Source: Polyangiales bacterium (GTDB taxonomy: Bacteria; Myxococcota_A; Polyangia; Polyangiales; Houyiibacteriaceae). Taken from it: 18,970 nt of DNA. The notes beneath the pieces were generated by a model, which had not been told where the DNA came from, made no database searches, and was given only the letters and a program-made list of their open reading frames with translations. The stretch spans positions 1 to 18,970 of the forward strand of contig JBGCFM010000195.1 in NCBI GenBank assembly GCA_045106895.1, given 5' to 3'. Below are positions 14,533-18,970 of this stretch, piece after piece; the first letter of the stretch is position 1; every line of letters starts with the position of its first letter. A program made the position numbers and the translations under genes.

Positions 14533-17500
14533 GCGCTGGAAACGAAACCGCGATGGATGAAACGAAGTTCCCCGACTTTGAAGCGCGCCGCGCAATTCGA
14601 GAGGACCTCGACACCACCTTCTTGGTCGAAGCGGCCGCGGGCACGGGCAAGACCACGGAGCTCGTCCGGCGCATCGTCGGCGTCATCGCCGCGGGCCGCG
14701 CACGCATCGAAGAGATCGTCGCCGTGACCTTCACGGACAAAGCCGCCGGCGAGTTGAAGCTCCGACTTCGCAGGGCCCTCGAGACTTCGCGCGTCGAGGC
14801 TGGCGCCGAAGAGCGAGGGCGCTTTGAAGCGGCCATCGCGGGCCTCGAACTGGCGGCCCTGGGCACGATTCACTCTTTCTGCGGCGACCTGCTGCGTGAG
14901 TTTCCTGTGGAAGCGGGCATCGATCCGCTCTTTGAAACGGCGTCCGAAGGCGAAGCCGAGGCGCTCATGCAAGACGCGTTTCAGGCGTGGTTCGAGAGCA
15001 TCCTCGCCGCGCCGCCTCGCGCCGTCGAGCGCGTCCTCCGCGGCGTCTCCTACGACGGCCCCCGCGAGCAGCTCTGGAGTGCGGCCAAGAAGGTCATCGA
15101 GCGACGCGACTTCGCCGAGCCGTGGCCTATCCCGAAGGGCGACTACGTTGAAGGCATGGATGCGCTCGTGGACGGGATGTTCGCCCTCGGCGAGTACGCC
15201 ACAAAAGGGAAGCCCGGCGACAAGCTCGTCGAGTACCTAGAGAGCTTCCACGCCCTCGCCTCTGAGCTCCGCGCGGGCGAGTTCTCGCCGGACGCGCCCT
15301 CGGCGACCATCGACTGGGCGGAGGGCCTGCTTCGCGACTGCGCGAAAGGAAAGTTCTGGGTCAACAAAGGCTTTGCGGACGAGGGCTTCGGCGACAAACG
15401 CTCCGCGGACATCCGCGCGATGCGGGACGAACTCCACATCGACTTCAAGCTCTGGCTCAAACGCGCCGACGCTCACCTCGCAGCGACGCTCAAGGAAGCC
15501 CTCGAAGAAGTCGTCGCGCTTTACGAGAGCACGAAACGCCGCGAAGGCGTTCTCGACTACCTCGACCTGCTTCTGAAGACACGCGCTCTCCTCGCTGACA
15601 ACGCGGGCGTTCGGAGCGCTTTTCAACAGCGCTTCAAACACGTCTTCATCGACGAGTTCCAAGACACGGACCCACGCCAGACCGAAATTCTCTGGACCCT
15701 CGCTTCGGACAGCAAAGGAGGCCTCACTCCTGGAAAGCTCTTCGTCGTCGGCGACCCCAAACAGGCCATCTACCGGTTCCGGCGCGCTGACATCGGCGTC
15801 TACGACCAGGCCAAAGTCCGGCTCCAGGCCGCAGGTGCAAAGCTCATCCACCTGCGCACAAGCTTCCGTGCTCGCCCACACATTCAGCAAGTCATCAACG
15901 CAGCGTTCGTTGAAGAGTTCGGCGAAGGCGAGCCTGGAGTCCAGGCCGCTCACGTTCCGTTGGCGCCGGCGCGCCCCGAAAACTCGGCGCAGCCGAGCTG
16001 CGTGGTGCTTCCTATCACGCACCCCTGGGGCCGGTGGGGCAGCAGCTTCTGGATCGACTCGGGCCCTGAAGAGTGCGCGGCGTATGCCGATTGGCTGATC
16101 CAAGAGAGCGGCTGGACCGTCGAGGGCGAGCAAGGCGCACGGGCCATCGCCCCCGAGGATATCTGCTTCCTCATGACACGCATGAAGGCAGGCAAGAAGG
16201 ACATCGCCGCCCAGTACACGGCGGCCCTCGAAGCGCGTGGCATTCCCCATGTGCTCGTCGCCGGCCGTGCGTTTCACGAGCGCGAAGAGGTCATGGCTTT
16301 CCGGGCTGTGCTCGGCGCTATCGAATGGCCCGGCGACCGACTTCGCGTCTACGCGGCGCTCCGCGGCCCTTACTTTGCGTTGAGCGACGCGCTCCTTCTG
16401 GCGTGGCGCGAGTTTGCTCGCCACTTCGACCCCCTCGTCGAAACACCCAACGTTCCCGCAGAGCTTCAGCCCGTCGCCGATGCGCTCCGTGCCCTCGCGG
16501 AACTCCACGTACTGCGCAATCACCGCCCCGCCGCGGAGACCTGCACGGAGTTTCTCGAACGCACCCGCGCGCACACGGCGCTCATCCTCGCGCCGAGCGG
16601 CGTGCAGGTTCTCGCCAACGCGACACGCGTCGTGCAGCTCGCACGGCGTCATGACCAAGACCGCCGGCAGCTTAGTTTTCGCGCTTTCGTCGAGTCCCTC
16701 GACGCCGACGCGGACGATGGCGGCAAGCGTGACACCGTGCTCCTCGAAGAAGGGAGTGGCGGCGTTCGTCTGATGACCGTGCATTCCGCCAAGGGTCTCG
16801 AGTGGCCCGTCGTCTTTCTGTGCGACGCAGGAGCCAGGCTCAAACACGACAAGCCGGATCATTACGCGGACCACGCGAAGGGAAGTTGGGCGACGGACCT
16901 CGCCGGCGCTGTCAGCGGTCCCCTGCTTCAGCACCGCAAAGAGAGCATCGCCCAAGGGCGCGCGGAGACGGTACGAAAGCTCTACGTCGCGAGCACGCGC
17001 GCGCGTGACCTCCTCGTCATTCCAGGCATCGGCGACTACCTGCCTGGTCACAACCCGCCCAACTTCTGGGTGCAGCCCCTCATGCGGGTCACCACACCGC
17101 CCCACGAAGCGCGGAAGAGCATTCGGCCGGCGCCTGGTTGCCCGCGCTTCAAAGGCGACGACACGGTACTCGAGCGCCCCGGAAAGGCGTTGGCGTGCAA
17201 AGGAGTGCACGTTCGCCCGGGCCTTCAAGACAACGGCATCGTCTGGTGGGACCCCGCGGCGCTCAAGCTCGACGTCCCTCGCCGTGAGGGGCTCCGGGGA
17301 GCTTCGCTGCTCAAAGGTGACGGCCCGGCGGCGGCCCAAGGAAGCCAAGAGTATGAGGCCTTCCGGGTGGCCGCCGAGGCGCTTCGACAAGGCGCCCGCG
17401 CGCCGACGATTCGCGCGCGTACCGTCACCGAAGCGTCGAAGCTGGAGGCGCGAAAGGGGAGGGCGGTGAGCATCGTTAGCACCGAGGCGTCCCAAAGGCA

Positions 17501-17948
17501 GCGCCCATCGGGACCGCGTTTCGGCACCCTCGTTCATGCGATCCTCGGCGACGCCACCTTTGACGCCGGCGCCGAAGAGATCGCTCATCAAGCGCGCTTT
17601 CACGCACGCGCCCTCGGCGCCACCGATGCCGAACTCCAAGCGGCCATCGACGCTGCCACGGACGCGTTCACCCACCCCATTCTCAAGCGCGCTGCGTCGT
17701 CCGCGGACGCACGCCGCGAAGTCTCCCTGGTTCATCGGCAGGTGGACGGCGCCATCCTCGAAGGCATCGCCGACCTCGTCTTTCATGAAGCGGACCCCTT
17801 TGGCGGAAGCGGCTGGGTTGTCGTCGATTTCAAGACCGACCTCGCCGACGATGTCCGCGATGCCTACCTGGTGCAGATCGAACTCTATGCCGAAGCGGTG
17901 GAAGCCGCGACGGGCGAGAGCTGCGAAGGTGTTCTGCTCGGCGTTTGA
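14529..17948 (+). CDS. addA: AddA/RexA-like UvrD-family (SF1A) helicase with a C-terminal RecB-type nuclease
   Basis: VEAAAGTGKT, VTFTDKAAGEL, TIHSFC, IDEFQDT, VGDPKQAIYRFRRAD, TSFRA, MTVHSAKGLE and LYVASTRARD; nuclease motifs GTLVHA, GIADLVF, VVDFKTD and QIELYA. Confidence 0.93.
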   Translation: MSAGNETAMDETKFPDFEARRAIREDLDTTFLVEAAAGTGKTTELVRRIVGVIAAGRARIEEIVAVTFTDKAAGELKLRLRRALETSRVEAGAEERGRFEAAIAGLELAALGTIHSFCGDLLREFPVEAGIDPLFETASEGEAEALMQDAFQAWFESILAAPPRAVERVLRGVSYDGPREQLWSAAKKVIERRDFAEPWPIPKGDYVEGMDALVDGMFALGEYATKGKPGDKLVEYLESFHALASELRAGEFSPDAPSATIDWAEGLLRDCAKGKFWVNKGFADEGFGDKRSADIRAMRDELHIDFKLWLKRADAHLAATLKEALEEVVALYESTKRREGVLDYLDLLLKTRALLADNAGVRSAFQQRFKHVFIDEFQDTDPRQTEILWTLASDSKGGLTPGKLFVVGDPKQAIYRFRRADIGVYDQAKVRLQAAGAKLIHLRTSFRARPHIQQVINAAFVEEFGEGEPGVQAAHVPLAPARPENSAQPSCVVLPITHPWGRWGSSFWIDSGPEECAAYADWLIQESGWTVEGEQGARAIAPEDICFLMTRMKAGKKDIAAQYTAALEARGIPHVLVAGRAFHEREEVMAFRAVLGAIEWPGDRLRVYAALRGPYFALSDALLLAWREFARHFDPLVETPNVPAELQPVADALRALAELHVLRNHRPAAETCTEFLERTRAHTALILAPSGVQVLANATRVVQLARRHDQDRRQLSFRAFVESLDADADDGGKRDTVLLEEGSGGVRLMTVHSAKGLEWPVVFLCDAGARLKHDKPDHYADHAKGSWATDLAGAVSGPLLQHRKESIAQGRAETVRKLYVASTRARDLLVIPGIGDYLPGHNPPNFWVQPLMRVTTPPHEARKSIRPAPGCPRFKGDDTVLERPGKALACKGVHVRPGLQDNGIVWWDPAALKLDVPRREGLRGASLLKGDGPAAAQGSQEYEAFRVAAEALRQGARAPTIRARTVTEASKLEARKGRAVSIVSTEASQRQRPSGPRFGTLVHAILGDATFDAGAEEIAHQARFHARALGATDAELQAAIDAATDAFTHPILKRAASSADARREVSLVHRQVDGAILEGIADLVFHEADPFGGSGWVVVDFKTDLADDVRDAYLVQIELYAEAVEAATGESCEGVLLGV

Positions 17949-17958
17949 TGCGTTTTCG

Positions 17959-18717
17959 ATGAAGCACGCGAAGCCCCGCTATACGACGCGACACAAGCGC
18001 TGGATTTGCGCTCTGCTTGTCGTGGCCGCCGCAGTTTCCATTCCTATGGGCATCTGGACGGTCATTGGCTACAGGTCCGAAATGGCTCTGCGAGCGTCCG
18101 ACTCTCGGGCTTGCGCGGAAATCGACGAGCATCGTGCGGTCAACCGTAGCGAGCACATGGTGCGCTATCACTTCGAGGTAGCAGGAGAACGTTTTACCCA
18201 CTCGGACGCCACTGGGCGCTCCAACCTTTGGGCCGATATTTCTGAAGCGGATTCCGAGCGTGTCGAAATTGCGGGCTGCGTCGAAGTCGTGTTCCTGGCC
18301 GAAGACCCTTCGGTGAACAGGCCGGCCTCGTGGTCGAGTCTCAACAACCCGTTGGCGAACAAGCTGGGGGCTGCGCTCATGGTCTTGGTGACGCTTTTGC
18401 TTTGCGGGGGAGGCATCCAGGGTATTCGAAAGGTCGCACGCACCCCGCTGTGGCGAATCACGCGAATGGACACTGCCCACGTCGTGCTTGGGTGCGATGG
18501 AGAAGAACAGTCGATCCCACGAAGCACGCTTCGGCGTAGTGTGTTGCTTGAGCTTCCACGCACGATGCAGCATCCACCATGGCGCTTCCCGTGCGACGTG
18601 CTGCTGCTGCGAACGACGGAGGAAACGTGGGCCGTCGCCGCCCGTGGCCCGCATTGGGGAACCCTCGTCGAGTCGCTTCAGCGAGCAGCGAAGCTCAAGC
18701 GCAAGCGCTCCGCCTAG
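17959..18717 (+). CDS. Hypothetical membrane protein, DUF3592-like (252 aa)
   Basis: TM - beta-rich segment (VRYHFEVAGERF...VEVVFLAEDPSVNR) - TM - soluble tail. ATG at 17959; the upstream part of the listed ORF overlaps addA out of frame. Confidence 0.7.
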   Translation: MKHAKPRYTTRHKRWICALLVVAAAVSIPMGIWTVIGYRSEMALRASDSRACAEIDEHRAVNRSEHMVRYHFEVAGERFTHSDATGRSNLWADISEADSERVEIAGCVEVVFLAEDPSVNRPASWSSLNNPLANKLGAALMVLVTLLLCGGGIQGIRKVARTPLWRITRMDTAHVVLGCDGEEQSIPRSTLRRSVLLELPRTMQHPPWRFPCDVLLLRTTEETWAVAARGPHWGTLVESLQRAAKLKRKRSA

Positions 18718-18731
18718 AAAGCGCGACGAAT

Positions 18732-18760
18732 GTGTTCGTCAAACGCCCCGAAACGAACAC
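18732..18760. other. 8-bp inverted repeat (hairpin or protein-binding site) just after the stop at 18717
   Basis: GTGTTCGT (18732-18739) and ACGAACAC (18753-18760) with a 13-nt spacer and no U-tract. Confidence 0.4.
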
Positions 18761-18884
18761 GAGCGGGAATAGCAAAGGGGAGACGGCGCGTTTCTTACGT
18801 ATGTGCCGAGAGCCAGTACCGGCGCCGCCGAAGGCAGCGTCATGGCCGCTTGTTTCGCGAAACGCGCGCCGGCATAGTCCAGGC

Positions 18885-18970
18885 ATGTCCGCAGCGAGCG
18901 TCGGGGAAGGAGCGAAGCGAGCCCTCGATGTGGTGTTGAGCGGCGTGGGCCTCGTCGCTTCCGCGCCGGT
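18885..18970 (+). CDS. Sugar transferase (small phosphoglycosyl transferase, PglC-like), N-terminus only
   Basis: ATG 18885 reads MSAASVGEGAKRALDVVLSGVGLVASAP(V), matching the KRxxD...hydrophobic...SxP start of the bacterial sugar transferase family. It runs off the window and is not in the ORF track. Confidence 0.75.
   Translation, partial: MSAASVGEGAKRALDVVLSGVGLVASAP

Noticed and set aside
12814..17786. Long antisense ORFs (441 aa and 849 aa) over addB and addA
   Set aside because: These are expected stop-poor shadow frames of GC-rich genes, with no recognisable motifs.

Overview
GC-rich bacterial chromosomal window, probably from a myxobacterium (Myxococcota; inferred from a PfaD/Pfa1-type enoyl reductase, an acidic Cys-rich lipoprotein with DGG linkers, and GPFR/GAYR-type motifs). 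From left to right: a probable IS left end and transposase start running off the left edge; a hexamer microsatellite; a 155-aa orphan ORF; a ~230-nt highly structured non-coding element closed by a 28/29-bp inverted repeat; a stand-alone pfaD; a lipoprotein made of six 6-Cys repeats; a MarR + class II cytochrome c lipoprotein operon with an 18-bp palindrome and a 22-bp tandem duplication upstream; a DUF2167 protein; a DUF6503-like lipoprotein; an LLM flavin monooxygenase; a DUF3445 (heme-dependent N-demethylase alpha-like) protein; a probably frameshifted orphan gene; a lower-GC orphan membrane protein; a double zinc-ribbon protein; a translationally coupled addB-addA pair; a DUF3592-like membrane protein; and the start of a sugar (phosphoglycosyl) transferase at the right edge. 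The best candidates for novelty are the structured element at 850-1078, the Cys-repeat lipoprotein and the orphan pfaD. All family calls come from motif recognition by eye; no database searches were run.
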